The notes under the pieces: generated by a model
What the model saw: the letters and a program-made list of their open reading frames with translations, nothing else
The model's database searches: none
Told to the model about the DNA's origin: nothing
Position numbers and translations under genes: made by a program
In this document: piece by piece, positions 9,955 through 19,114 of the stretch
Position numbering within the stretch: position 1 is the stretch's first letter
Layout: each line of letters starts with the position of its first letter
DNA from: a candidate division WOR-3 bacterium
Lineage (GTDB): Bacteria > SDB-A
DNA: 58,839 nt
NCBI GenBank assembly: GCA_016934535.1
Contig: JAFGSQ010000015.1
Span: 1 to 58,839 of the forward strand
Direction of reading: 5' to 3'

Positions 9955-11093
9955 ACTACCTGCCTTTTGATGAGCGGGTTGATTCTCGTTAAAATTTCGT
10001 AGTTTATCGTTCCGCATAAAGACGCGATGGTTTCTGCGGATATGATTTCAGAACCCTGTCTGCCGAGGAGAACTGCTTCGTCCTCAAGTTTCACCCCTTC
10101 TATGCCGGTGACGTCGATAATGACGACGTTCATGCAGACTCTGCCCCTAACAGGGGCTCTTTTTCCCCTGACGAGAACCCAGCCGATGTTGGAAAGTGAT
10201 CTGTCATATCCATCGTAGTATCCAACAGGCAGATAAGCGAGTTTTGTTCTCGAGGCGGTCTTGTATGTGCATCCGTATCCGACAAAACTGCCCGCAGGAA
10301 CCGTCTTTATCTGCGAAATAAGGGTTTTCCAGCGCATTACCGGCTTGAGATCGAGTGATTTTCCCGACATTTTCGCCGACAGCAAGGTTTCTTTTGAAGG
10401 CCATATACCGTATAGAGAAATGCCGATTCTGGCAAGATCGTTGTATGTTTTCGGGAAAAGAATAGCGGCGGCAGAACAAGCCGTGTGAAGCTGAACCCGG
10501 CCCCTGATTATTTTCCTGATTTTTCTCGTCAATTCCCCGAAAACTTTGATCTGGCTTATGGCAAACTCGTGTTCTGTCGTGTCTTCGATGTTGGCAAAAT
10601 GCGTCGAAAGACCTTTCACTTCCATTCCGCCGAGGGAAACTGATAGACTTGCGGCTTTGAGGGCTTTTTCATCCGTAAAGCCCTGCCTGTTCGTTCCGGT
10701 TTCAAGTTTAAGATGAATTTTCGATTGCTTGCCCAGCCTCACGGCCGCGCGTGAAACGGCTCTAATGGTCTCTGAATTGAAGACGGTCATTTCGATATCA
10801 TTTTCGACGGCTTCAGGAATATCTTTTAGCGCTACGTAACCTAGACAGATTATTCGGGATTCCGGGGAAATTTTTCGGGCGAGAATCGCTTCCTCTAAAA
10901 AAGACACGCAGAAAGTTTTGACATTTCGCCTTACGCAGATTTCCATCACTTCTTTGAAGCCGTGGCCGTAAGCGTTCGATTTAATGACGGGGGCAAACTC
11001 GGTTTTTTCACCGAGCAGATTCCTGAATATCGATACGTTGTTGGACAGATTCTTTTCGCTTATTTCAACCTTACTTAGGGAGCTTGCTTTCAT
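9951..11093 (-). CDS. alr: Alanine racemase
   Basis: VIKSNAYGHG PLP-lysine motif, HLKLETG.NRQG, GYYDG, GRVCM, TINYE. Confidence 0.96.
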   Translation of the reverse strand: MKASSLSKVEISEKNLSNNVSIFRNLLGEKTEFAPVIKSNAYGHGFKEVMEICVRRNVKTFCVSFLEEAILARKISPESRIICLGYVALKDIPEAVENDIEMTVFNSETIRAVSRAAVRLGKQSKIHLKLETGTNRQGFTDEKALKAASLSVSLGGMEVKGLSTHFANIEDTTEHEFAISQIKVFGELTRKIRKIIRGRVQLHTACSAAAILFPKTYNDLARIGISLYGIWPSKETLLSAKMSGKSLDLKPVMRWKTLISQIKTVPAGSFVGYGCTYKTASRTKLAYLPVGYYDGYDRSLSNIGWVLVRGKRAPVRGRVCMNVVIIDVTGIEGVKLEDEAVLLGRQGSEIISAETIASLCGTINYEILTRINPLIKRQVV

Positions 11094-11997
11094 TGAATCC
11101 TTCCGGTTCGGTGTGAATTAGTACTTCTCTTACGGACGGAACCGAGTCTTTAATTAAATCCTTCAGTTTGTGGCTTATCCTGTGAGACAGATAAAGCGAA
11201 ATGTTCGGGTCCATTCTCACGTGCATGTCGATCCAGAATTCCTGCCCAAGAGTCCTCACTTTCGGAGTCTCGACGGATTTGATTTCGGGTATCCGGGAAG
11301 CAATTTCCTTTATCGATTTCAGAAGGCTGTCCGGAGGCGATTTGTCCATCAGGTCGTCGAAGCCTTTTACAGTTATGTCGATCCCGATTTTTCCTATTAT
11401 AAGAAGTATGACTATGGATCCCAGCATGTCAGCGTAGCCTTTGGTTTGAGGCAAAATGAAACTTAGCGAGATTGAAACAAAAGCGACCATTGAAGAATAA
11501 GCGTCTGATCTATGGTGCCAAGCGTTAGCCTTGAGAGTCAGGCTTTTTTCCTGAACGGCGCATTTTAGGGATTTCCTGTATAGAAATTCTTTAACGGGTA
11601 TAGTCGCGAGCGCCCAAAAAATCAGCAATATTTTTATGAGAGGAGAAAGCACAACGGGATTTCCTGAAAAAAAATCGCGAAAAGTTTCAAAAACCATCAA
11701 GACGACAGCTATTATGAGTATCACGCCTACGACGAATGATGAAAAATTCTCTATCCTTCTGTGTCCGTAAGGATGAGAAGAGTCTTCGGGTTTTTTTGAG
11801 AATTTCAGCGTGAAAATAGTTATGAAATCGGTTATAAGGTCGGAAAGCGAATGAAAACCGTCGCTCGTCAGTGTCATGTTGGATGCGTATATCCCGAAGA
11901 ATATCTTGCCCGTGGCCAACACGAGATTTGAAATTACAGATGTAACCATTATTGAGGAACTGTTCATCACGGAATTATAGAATCTAACATTTTTCAT
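11071..11997 (-). CDS. Cation diffusion facilitator family transporter (FieF-like)
   Basis: DGFHSLSD, HPYGH.RIE, AWHHRSD, C-terminal IHTEP. Confidence 0.92.
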   Translation of the reverse strand: MKNVRFYNSVMNSSSIMVTSVISNLVLATGKIFFGIYASNMTLTSDGFHSLSDLITDFITIFTLKFSKKPEDSSHPYGHRRIENFSSFVVGVILIIAVVLMVFETFRDFFSGNPVVLSPLIKILLIFWALATIPVKEFLYRKSLKCAVQEKSLTLKANAWHHRSDAYSSMVAFVSISLSFILPQTKGYADMLGSIVILLIIGKIGIDITVKGFDDLMDKSPPDSLLKSIKEIASRIPEIKSVETPKVRTLGQEFWIDMHVRMDPNISLYLSHRISHKLKDLIKDSVPSVREVLIHTEPEGFNESKLPK

Positions 11998-12003
11998 AGC
12001 AAG

Positions 12004-12031
12004 TTGACTTTCACCGAATAATAAATAAAAT
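12004..12031 (+). promoter_or_regulatory. Putative sigma70-type promoter of the L,D-transpeptidase gene
   Basis: TTGACT (12004-12009), 16 nt spacer, TAAAAT (12026-12031); ATG follows 7 nt later. Confidence 0.5.
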
Positions 12032-12038
12032 AGACCTT

Positions 12039-12773
12039 ATGAAAAACATAAAAAACATTACTATAACGATTCTGGCCGTCCTGGTCGTTCTCGAAGCATC
12101 CATGATCTTTTTTCAGTACAGGAAAACGACGCACTCGGTCGAAAGAGCAGCCTATTTTGAAGGCAAAAGAGACAGTTTGAATTATGTGATATCGGGTTTT
12201 GTCGGTTCATTTTCAAATCTTGAATATCTTGTTGAGAATCTCGAACTTGAAAATCAATCTCTAAAGACTGACGAATATTACATGATTATAAATTTAAGCC
12301 GACAGCATTTCTGGATAAAAAAACGGGACAAGATCATCTGGGAAGGTTCGTGTGCTACGGGAGTCGGAGAAGTCACCAGAGCAGGGGAAAAATTCAGTTT
12401 TCACACTCCCGTCGGCGAAAGGAGAATACTCGCCAAAAAAACGGAACCCTACTGGATTAGACCTAATTGGTTCTGGAAAGAGCAGGGACTTGCCGTGCCT
12501 CACGACAGCGAGTGGATAGTGATACCCGACACTTTGAATTTTCAGCAGTCAATAGTGTTTTACGACAGCCTGCCGGAAGAGGAAAAACTCATGGTAAGAG
12601 CCGTTCCCGGGGCTCTTGGAAATTACGCTCTCAATCTCGGCGACGGAATTTTAATTCACAAAGGACAAATAGGCAGGGGAGTCTATTCTCACGGGTGTAT
12701 TAGACTTAAGGAAGATGACCTCGAAGTCGCAGACAGCCTTCTGCCGATAGGCGCATCGGTTTTCATTTTTTAA
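12039..12773 (+). CDS. L,D-transpeptidase (YkuD family) with N-terminal membrane anchor
   Basis: CATG...FHTPVG, LG.YALNL, IHKG, catalytic SHGCIRL. Confidence 0.9.
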   Translation: MKNIKNITITILAVLVVLEASMIFFQYRKTTHSVERAAYFEGKRDSLNYVISGFVGSFSNLEYLVENLELENQSLKTDEYYMIINLSRQHFWIKKRDKIIWEGSCATGVGEVTRAGEKFSFHTPVGERRILAKKTEPYWIRPNWFWKEQGLAVPHDSEWIVIPDTLNFQQSIVFYDSLPEEEKLMVRAVPGALGNYALNLGDGILIHKGQIGRGVYSHGCIRLKEDDLEVADSLLPIGASVFIF

Positions 12774-12874
12774 TCTTTGCTTGATTCAAAAGATTTATTC
12801 GACAGGAGCATGAAATACAGGCCCTTTTAAGGACGAGTAGGCAGTTTTTTCTCCCGGCGCTGTCCGGAGTCTTA

Positions 12875-14353
12875 TTGTTTCTCAGTTTTCCGCCCGCTGG
12901 TTTGGGTTTATTGATGCTTGTAGCCATGGTTCCTCTGTTGATATCAGTTTACGGGAAAAAAAATCATTCGTTCCTGAAAGGATTTTTGACAGGACTGATA
13001 TTTTATTCTCTTCTTCTTTCCTGGATAACCGAACTTTCAATAACCGGCCACGTTAAAATATTTCTTTACGTTGGTTACATTGTATTATGTTTTTATCTTT
13101 CAATTTATACAGGTCTTTATGCATATTTTTTGTCGAGAGCAAAAAATCCCTTTCATTTCGTTCTTTTGTCGTCTTTTCTTTGGACTGCTTTCGAATTCAT
13201 CCGGTCGCAGACTTCTCAGGTCGGATTCCCGTGGGGGATGACGGCTTATTCTCTCGCGAGAAATCCTCTGCTGATACAGATCACTTCTGTAGGCGGAATT
13301 TATCTTCTGGTGATGTGGCTGGCCTCTGTAAATTCTCTCACCGCAATGATTTTTTTGAAAAAAAAATATGCTTCCCTGTTTTTCACTCTGATTTTGCTTG
13401 TCAATCTTGTATTCGGAACTCTTTCAATGAAAAATCATGACGGCGAAGAAGACTGGATACTGGTCTCCGTCATTCAACCCAACGTGTCTCAGGATCTGAA
13501 AGGGAGTGAAGACGAAAAGGCCAGGATGCGTAGGACGGAAATCATCATGGATTTTGTTTCCCGTTCTTTTAACCTGTTCGACGGAGACATCGTCATAATG
13601 CCAGAGACGAGTTGGCCCTGGCCTGTTAAGTCTATATGTCCGGCTATGTTTCCGAATTCAATGCCCCTCTCAGATTCAGCGAAAACCTACGGAAAAGCCG
13701 TTTTGGTAGGGGCTCAGGACTTGGTCGGATTCAGAGACTATTACAGACCGACGAATTCTGTTTTTTTGATCGACGGTCGGGGTAGTGTCATAGCAAGACA
13801 CGATAAAATATATCTGGTCCCGTTCGGCGAGCATCTGCCTTTTGACGACGTCTTTCCTTTCATCACCTCTCTCAATTTAGGTCAGAGTGATTATCTGCCG
13901 GGAAAAAATGAACTTCTTCCCTGCATTGACGGAGTCTGTTTTGGAGCAGGCATTTGCTACGAGTCGGCTTTTGAGGATTACTACAGAGGTCTCGTTGAAA
14001 AAGGCGCGAACTTCATAGTAAATGTCACTGACGACCAATGGTTCGGCCACTCGGCTGGTCCCAGACAGCACGCCGACATGTTCATATTGAGAGCAGTCGA
14101 AAACAGAATGTGGGGAGTTAGATGCGCCAACAAAGGAGTATCTTATATTGTCGATCCTCAAGGAAGAATAATCGCTTCAACCGAACCGGACACTCCTGAC
14201 ATCCTTTTCGGCAGAGTCGGAGTCAGAACAGTGAAGAGTCCTTATACAGCAGTTGTAGGCGGCAAAGTAGGAATTATTTCAGTATTATGTTCTTTTGTCT
14301 ACGCCATTGTTTTTTTAATAAAAAAAAGGAGATATAAATGTATGAAGTCGTAA
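12875..14353 (+). CDS. lnt: Apolipoprotein N-acyltransferase
   Basis: GFPW, IQPN, MPET, K.YLVPFGEH.P, ICYE, RAVEN; true start probably further upstream (see findings). Confidence 0.94.
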   Translation: MFLSFPPAGLGLLMLVAMVPLLISVYGKKNHSFLKGFLTGLIFYSLLLSWITELSITGHVKIFLYVGYIVLCFYLSIYTGLYAYFLSRAKNPFHFVLLSSFLWTAFEFIRSQTSQVGFPWGMTAYSLARNPLLIQITSVGGIYLLVMWLASVNSLTAMIFLKKKYASLFFTLILLVNLVFGTLSMKNHDGEEDWILVSVIQPNVSQDLKGSEDEKARMRRTEIIMDFVSRSFNLFDGDIVIMPETSWPWPVKSICPAMFPNSMPLSDSAKTYGKAVLVGAQDLVGFRDYYRPTNSVFLIDGRGSVIARHDKIYLVPFGEHLPFDDVFPFITSLNLGQSDYLPGKNELLPCIDGVCFGAGICYESAFEDYYRGLVEKGANFIVNVTDDQWFGHSAGPRQHADMFILRAVENRMWGVRCANKGVSYIVDPQGRIIASTEPDTPDILFGRVGVRTVKSPYTAVVGGKVGIISVLCSFVYAIVFLIKKRRYKCMKS

Positions 14354-15699
14354 TAATCGGAGGAGGGCCGGGAGGGTATGTTGCGGCACTCGAAAGCGCT
14401 CGAAAGGGTCTCAAGACTGCTCTCGTTGAAGAAAAAAAGGTCGGCGGAGTCTGTCTGAACGTCGGATGCATACCGACAAAAGCGATGCTTTACTGCTCTT
14501 CAGTTCTAACATCGGCCTCGGGCGGAAAAAGATACGGCCTCGCGGCGGAAAACATCTCCTTTGACGAGAACGCCGCAGACAGACACAGATCGCTCACTGT
14601 TTCAAAACTCGTTAAAGGAATAGAAAATCTCCTGGCCAATAGAGGCGTAGACATCATCAGGGACACCGCTGTTTCTGTATCAAAAGGAAAAACTGTGTGC
14701 AAAAACAATGTTCTGGAATCGGAAAATATAATCATCGCGACCGGTTCCAGATCCGCCGATATCCCTCCTGCGAGATTTGACGGAGAAAAAATAATTAGTT
14801 CAGACCAGGCAGTCACGGAACAGAGATCGCCAGAGAGCATTCTGGTAGTTGGCGCTGGTGTTATAGGAGTCGAGATGGCGACTTACTGGTCATCTATAGG
14901 CAAGCGCGTAGTGCTCGTTGAAATGCTCGGTTCGATTCTGCCTCTGCTGAAAGATGACAGAGTCAGCGCTGTCATAGCCGAATCCTTGAAAAAGAAAAAA
15001 GCCGTCGTTTTGACCGGAAAATCGCTGGAGAAATGCGAAATTCAAGGGAACATGGTGAAAAGTTTTTTGAGCGGCGGAGATGTAGTTGAGACTGAAAAAG
15101 TTTTGATTGCGACAGGGAGAAAACCTGATTCGGTGATAGCTGACCCGCTGGTTTTTAAAAGGGACTCACGCGGACATATACTGACTGATGATTTGTGCAG
15201 AACGAACATCGATGGAATATGGGCAATAGGAGATGTCGCCGGTGAACCGTATTTGGCGCACAAGGCTTCGCACGAAGCCGAAGTCGCCGTTTCAGCCATG
15301 CTCGGAGAAAAAACTGAAAAGAAGAATTTAGCCGCCGTGCCGTCCTGTGTTTTTTCAGATCCCGAAGTCGCCTCGGTCGGACTCAATCCCCGTGAAGCAG
15401 AAGAAAGGGGCATAACTTGTATATGGGGAGAATTTCCTTTTTCAGCCAACGGAAAGGCCGTATCATCAGGTATGATAGAGGGTTTTGCCCGAATTGTCGC
15501 CAGAAAGGAGGATCACGCTGTTATGGGAGGACAAATTGCAGGAGCCTCTGCGGACCTGCTCATTGGAGAAATATCGCTCGCCGTCAGACTTGGCCTCAGG
15601 TTGGAGGACTTGGCTCGTACGGTTCACGTCCATCCTTCTCTGTGCGAAGTGATCCCGGAAGCTGCAAGGGTCGCGCTCGGTGAACCCCTTCACAGGTGA
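14338..15699 (+). CDS. lpdA: Dihydrolipoyl dehydrogenase
   Basis: GGGPGGYVAA, GGVCLNVGCIPTK redox disulfide, GAGVIGVE, HVHPSLCE. Confidence 0.95.
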   Translation: MYEVVIIGGGPGGYVAALESARKGLKTALVEEKKVGGVCLNVGCIPTKAMLYCSSVLTSASGGKRYGLAAENISFDENAADRHRSLTVSKLVKGIENLLANRGVDIIRDTAVSVSKGKTVCKNNVLESENIIIATGSRSADIPPARFDGEKIISSDQAVTEQRSPESILVVGAGVIGVEMATYWSSIGKRVVLVEMLGSILPLLKDDRVSAVIAESLKKKKAVVLTGKSLEKCEIQGNMVKSFLSGGDVVETEKVLIATGRKPDSVIADPLVFKRDSRGHILTDDLCRTNIDGIWAIGDVAGEPYLAHKASHEAEVAVSAMLGEKTEKKNLAAVPSCVFSDPEVASVGLNPREAEERGITCIWGEFPFSANGKAVSSGMIEGFARIVARKEDHAVMGGQIAGASADLLIGEISLAVRLGLRLEDLARTVHVHPSLCEVIPEAARVALGEPLHR

Positions 15700-15714
15700 A
15701 TTTTTCCTGCCGAT

Positions 15715-16008
15715 TCAGCTCGCGTGGGAAACGGATCTTTTTTCGACAAGGCTTCTTAGAAAGGGGGAAAGATATACTTCTTCGAGGGAATAATGAGCGC
15801 CGAGGTTTTTTATGAATATTGCGACGAGAGACTGCGGACTGTATATTCGGTTTAAAACAATGACAGGTTTGTCATGAACTCTGCAAAAACCGCCTTCACC
15901 GCTTATCCTGTCGTATATGACTTCGACACCGAGCTTGACGGCGATTTCATGGAGGTCTTCAAGGGCCTTGGACCACTTTCTCGTGTTCACTTCGGTTTTT
16001 ACACTCAT
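15715..16008 (-). CDS. Conserved small hypothetical protein
   Basis: 97 aa; L...A.KLGVEV.YD....GGFCRV...VIVLN pattern; fills the gap between lpdA and the next gene. Confidence 0.6.
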   Translation of the reverse strand: MSVKTEVNTRKWSKALEDLHEIAVKLGVEVIYDRISGEGGFCRVHDKPVIVLNRIYSPQSLVAIFIKNLGAHYSLEEVYLSPFLRSLVEKRSVSHAS

Positions 16009-16026
16009 AATTCTGTAATTTTACTA

Positions 16027-17745
16027 TTGATATGCTTTTTTGTCAATATGTTGTGTAGTGAAACTCTTGTTGCAGAACAGATTGTTATCAACGAAGTAAT
16101 GGCTAACCCGAGGGGAAGCGAATCCGTTCAGGGTTCTCCGGGCGACAGGAACGAGTTCATAGAGCTTTTCAACGACTCATCTGATCCTTATGACATCTCA
16201 AAACTTCTGATCAGCGACGGTGACGCGACCGATGTCATAATTGCCTGGAACGACACCTCTTTAATGGCACAGAATGTGATTTGGGGCTCTACAATTCTTC
16301 AACCCGGAAATTTTGCAGTGATTCTCGATCCCGAATACACGGATTCCGGAGATCAGACGTTTTATCAGCCGTACAGATTTGGCGACGGAACTCTTATTGT
16401 GACAGTTGGCAACACGACACTTGGCAACGGGTTGGCTACTTCAGACCCTGTTTTGCTTCTCGATAGCTCGTTGATTGTCATATCAACATACGGAACGCCC
16501 TGGGACAGTCTCGACTCGGTTCCTTTCGACCCAGGAGACGGAGTTTCTTCGGAAAGAATTAATCCTTCGGTGGAAGATTCGGATAGGGCATGGCGCCCTT
16601 CCGCCGATTCCTGTACTCCTGGAAAAATCAACAGTGTTTACTGCGGTAATTTAGTTATAGATCCTGAGTTTATGAGATTTTCTGGAACGACTCCGGGTGA
16701 ACCGTGCACTTTGACTGTTCGTCTTGAAAATCTCGGCTCTGACACTGTTGGCGGGTTTTCCGTTGTTGCATTCCGGACTAAATACATTTTTTATTCAGAC
16801 AGTTTGATCTTTTCAGGAGAAACGGCTTACAGTAGAGACCTTTTTCCCGGGTACGCGGATTCAGTAGCATTGGTATGGCTTGATCCTCCAGCCGGATTGT
16901 TTACTTTGTTTGTCAGGGCATTGGATGCAGAAGCTTCAAAACTTGTCAGATTTGGCCATGTTCCCGGCCAGTTGATAATATCTGAAGTCATGTTCGCCCC
17001 TGATTGTTCGGGTGAATGGATCGAACTCCGTAACAGGTACGACAGGTCTTGCTCTGTTCAGTGCCTTCTCCTGAGCGGAAAAGATACGGCTTTTGCGGAA
17101 ATTATTGTGGATCAGTACGGATATTTAGTCCTTTGTGAAGATTCGGCGTCCTTCAGGACGCAATACACGGCTTTTCAGGGTTTGCTGTTCCAGCCGAAGA
17201 TATGGCCGGTTTTAGGCAATTTTGACGATTCAATCCTGGTTTTAGAGCCCTTGGGAACAAAAATTGACGCTTTAAAGTACTCTTTTACGTCTTGGGAAAG
17301 AGGTTTCAGCCTTGAAAGAGTTTGCGACGAAATTTCTTCTGACGATCCAGGCAATTGGGCGAGATGCGTTTCACCGGCCAAAGCGACCCCGGGCGCGAAA
17401 AATTCCGTTCAGTCAGTTTTACCTGATCTTGAAGGTGCGATATCGGTCACGCCCAATCCGTTCTCTCCTGACGGTGACATGGTGGACGAAAACTGCATAA
17501 TCGCAGTCTCACTAGGGACTTATCCGGAAAATATGAAACTGAAAATTTTTGACATATCCGGTAGTGTTTTGAGAACTTTCGAAAGTTTTATACCTGAAAT
17601 GACCCAGTATTTTATCTGGGACGGCAGGGACGACTCGGGAAATAATTTGCCGCCCGGTATTTATGTTCTGCTTTTGAACGCTAAACTTGCTGACGGCAGA
17701 TCGTTTTCATCCAAATGCACAGTGGTTATCGCCGAAAAACTATGA
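16027..17745 (+). CDS. Lamin-tail-domain protein (2x LTD plus CARDB-like) with C-terminal T9SS/FlgD-Ig-like domain
   Basis: IVINEVMANP...EFIELFN and LIISEVMF...EWIELRN; TPGK.NS and TPGAKNS; PNPFSPDGD...WDGRDDSGNNLPPGIYV; start TTG 16027 or ATG 16048 because track start 15874 overlaps the opposite gene. Confidence 0.85.
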   Translation: MICFFVNMLCSETLVAEQIVINEVMANPRGSESVQGSPGDRNEFIELFNDSSDPYDISKLLISDGDATDVIIAWNDTSLMAQNVIWGSTILQPGNFAVILDPEYTDSGDQTFYQPYRFGDGTLIVTVGNTTLGNGLATSDPVLLLDSSLIVISTYGTPWDSLDSVPFDPGDGVSSERINPSVEDSDRAWRPSADSCTPGKINSVYCGNLVIDPEFMRFSGTTPGEPCTLTVRLENLGSDTVGGFSVVAFRTKYIFYSDSLIFSGETAYSRDLFPGYADSVALVWLDPPAGLFTLFVRALDAEASKLVRFGHVPGQLIISEVMFAPDCSGEWIELRNRYDRSCSVQCLLLSGKDTAFAEIIVDQYGYLVLCEDSASFRTQYTAFQGLLFQPKIWPVLGNFDDSILVLEPLGTKIDALKYSFTSWERGFSLERVCDEISSDDPGNWARCVSPAKATPGAKNSVQSVLPDLEGAISVTPNPFSPDGDMVDENCIIAVSLGTYPENMKLKIFDISGSVLRTFESFIPEMTQYFIWDGRDDSGNNLPPGIYVLLLNAKLADGRSFSSKCTVVIAEKL

Positions 17746-19047
17746 CGAAAGCTTGAGCTCGACGGCGAAGACCGTGCCGTAATCAGGTTTTGAGCTTTCC
17801 ACGTATATTCTTCCTTCGTGCATGGTTTCTATGATTCTTTTAGAAAGCGTCAATCCCATTCCCCAGCCGTATTTTTTTGACGTGTAGCCCAGGTCGAATA
17901 CTTTTGCAGATTGTTTTTTAGTCATACCCTTTCCGTTGTCCGATATTCTGAGAACGGCTTTGCGTTTCTTGTCGTCCGTGCCCAGAGATATCGAAATTTC
18001 TCCGGTGTCTTTGTTCATTGCGTCGAGGGAATTTTTTATTATGTTCTCGATTACCCAGGAAAGAAGCTCTGCATCGCCTGTCACCGGGCAGTTCCCGACA
18101 GGATCGTAGGTGAGATTTACATTGTGTCCGAGGGTAGGCAGTCTTTTGGAAAAATATTCCACCGAATTCCTTACTATCTCGTCGAGGTTTATTGACATCA
18201 TTGTGGGAGACGTCCCTATGCGGCTGAATCTCTTGATTATGTTGTTCATCCTCAAAAGGTCGCGCTGAATGCTGTCCAAACCTTCCTCCAGTGTGGAAGG
18301 ATCTGCCCTGAAAAATTCTATCCATCCCATGATTGAAGAAAAGGGCGTCGCGAGTTGATGGGCGGTCTCTTTGGCCATTATCATCCAGACATTGTCCCTT
18401 TCCCAGTTTCTGGCGATTCTCAGGGATATCAAAAGTGTAAAAAGCAAAGCTATCAGCAGTCCCGTCTGTATCAGCGGCAGAAGGTTTATTGTTTTTAAAA
18501 AAGGCGGATTGCCGTAATGGAGGTAAGCCGCAGTCAGTCGGATTTCGCCGACTTCGACGTAAATCGGTATCGGTTCGTTTATTTTGTCCATTTTTTCGTA
18601 GATTTCAACTATCTCGAGTATGACGGGATTGTCCGTCGCGAAAATGTCTGTGGTGTCAAGTTCTTCGCTCGACACTGCGTCCGGATATATACCTATGTTC
18701 CTCCACGCTCTAGGTTTACCATCCGGTTCCGTTATGACTACAGGGATGGGTATCGAAGCTATGATCCTTTTTCCTTCGAGGAATATCTTTTCGTTGGAAG
18801 GATCCTGAGCGACCTGAGTCGTAAAAAATGTCATGAGTGAAGCGTATCCCTGAGCGACTACTTCTTCTGATTTTTTTATGTCGTTTATGACTTTCTGGGT
18901 CATCACGTAAGAGAGTATTCCGACGCCTGATATGGTTAAAAGGGTTACAAAAAGAACAAATTTGAGCCAGGGGTGTCTGAGATCGAATAAGTTGAAATTG
19001 CCGAGTGATCTCATCGAAGACTGAATTATTTTTTTTATTCTGTGCAT
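17740..19047 (-). CDS. Membrane sensor histidine kinase (no adjacent regulator)
   Basis: Two TM segments; H-box MAKETAHQLATP, N-box ENIIKNSLDA, DNGKG, GYTSKKYGWGMGL. Confidence 0.93.
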   Translation of the reverse strand: MHRIKKIIQSSMRSLGNFNLFDLRHPWLKFVLFVTLLTISGVGILSYVMTQKVINDIKKSEEVVAQGYASLMTFFTTQVAQDPSNEKIFLEGKRIIASIPIPVVITEPDGKPRAWRNIGIYPDAVSSEELDTTDIFATDNPVILEIVEIYEKMDKINEPIPIYVEVGEIRLTAAYLHYGNPPFLKTINLLPLIQTGLLIALLFTLLISLRIARNWERDNVWMIMAKETAHQLATPFSSIMGWIEFFRADPSTLEEGLDSIQRDLLRMNNIIKRFSRIGTSPTMMSINLDEIVRNSVEYFSKRLPTLGHNVNLTYDPVGNCPVTGDAELLSWVIENIIKNSLDAMNKDTGEISISLGTDDKKRKAVLRISDNGKGMTKKQSAKVFDLGYTSKKYGWGMGLTLSKRIIETMHEGRIYVESSKPDYGTVFAVELKLSS

Positions 19048-19114
19048 GTGTTGTTCATTTGTTAAAAAATTTATTATACAACGAATCCGTGTTCTTTATA
19101 AGAGCGCGAATCAG

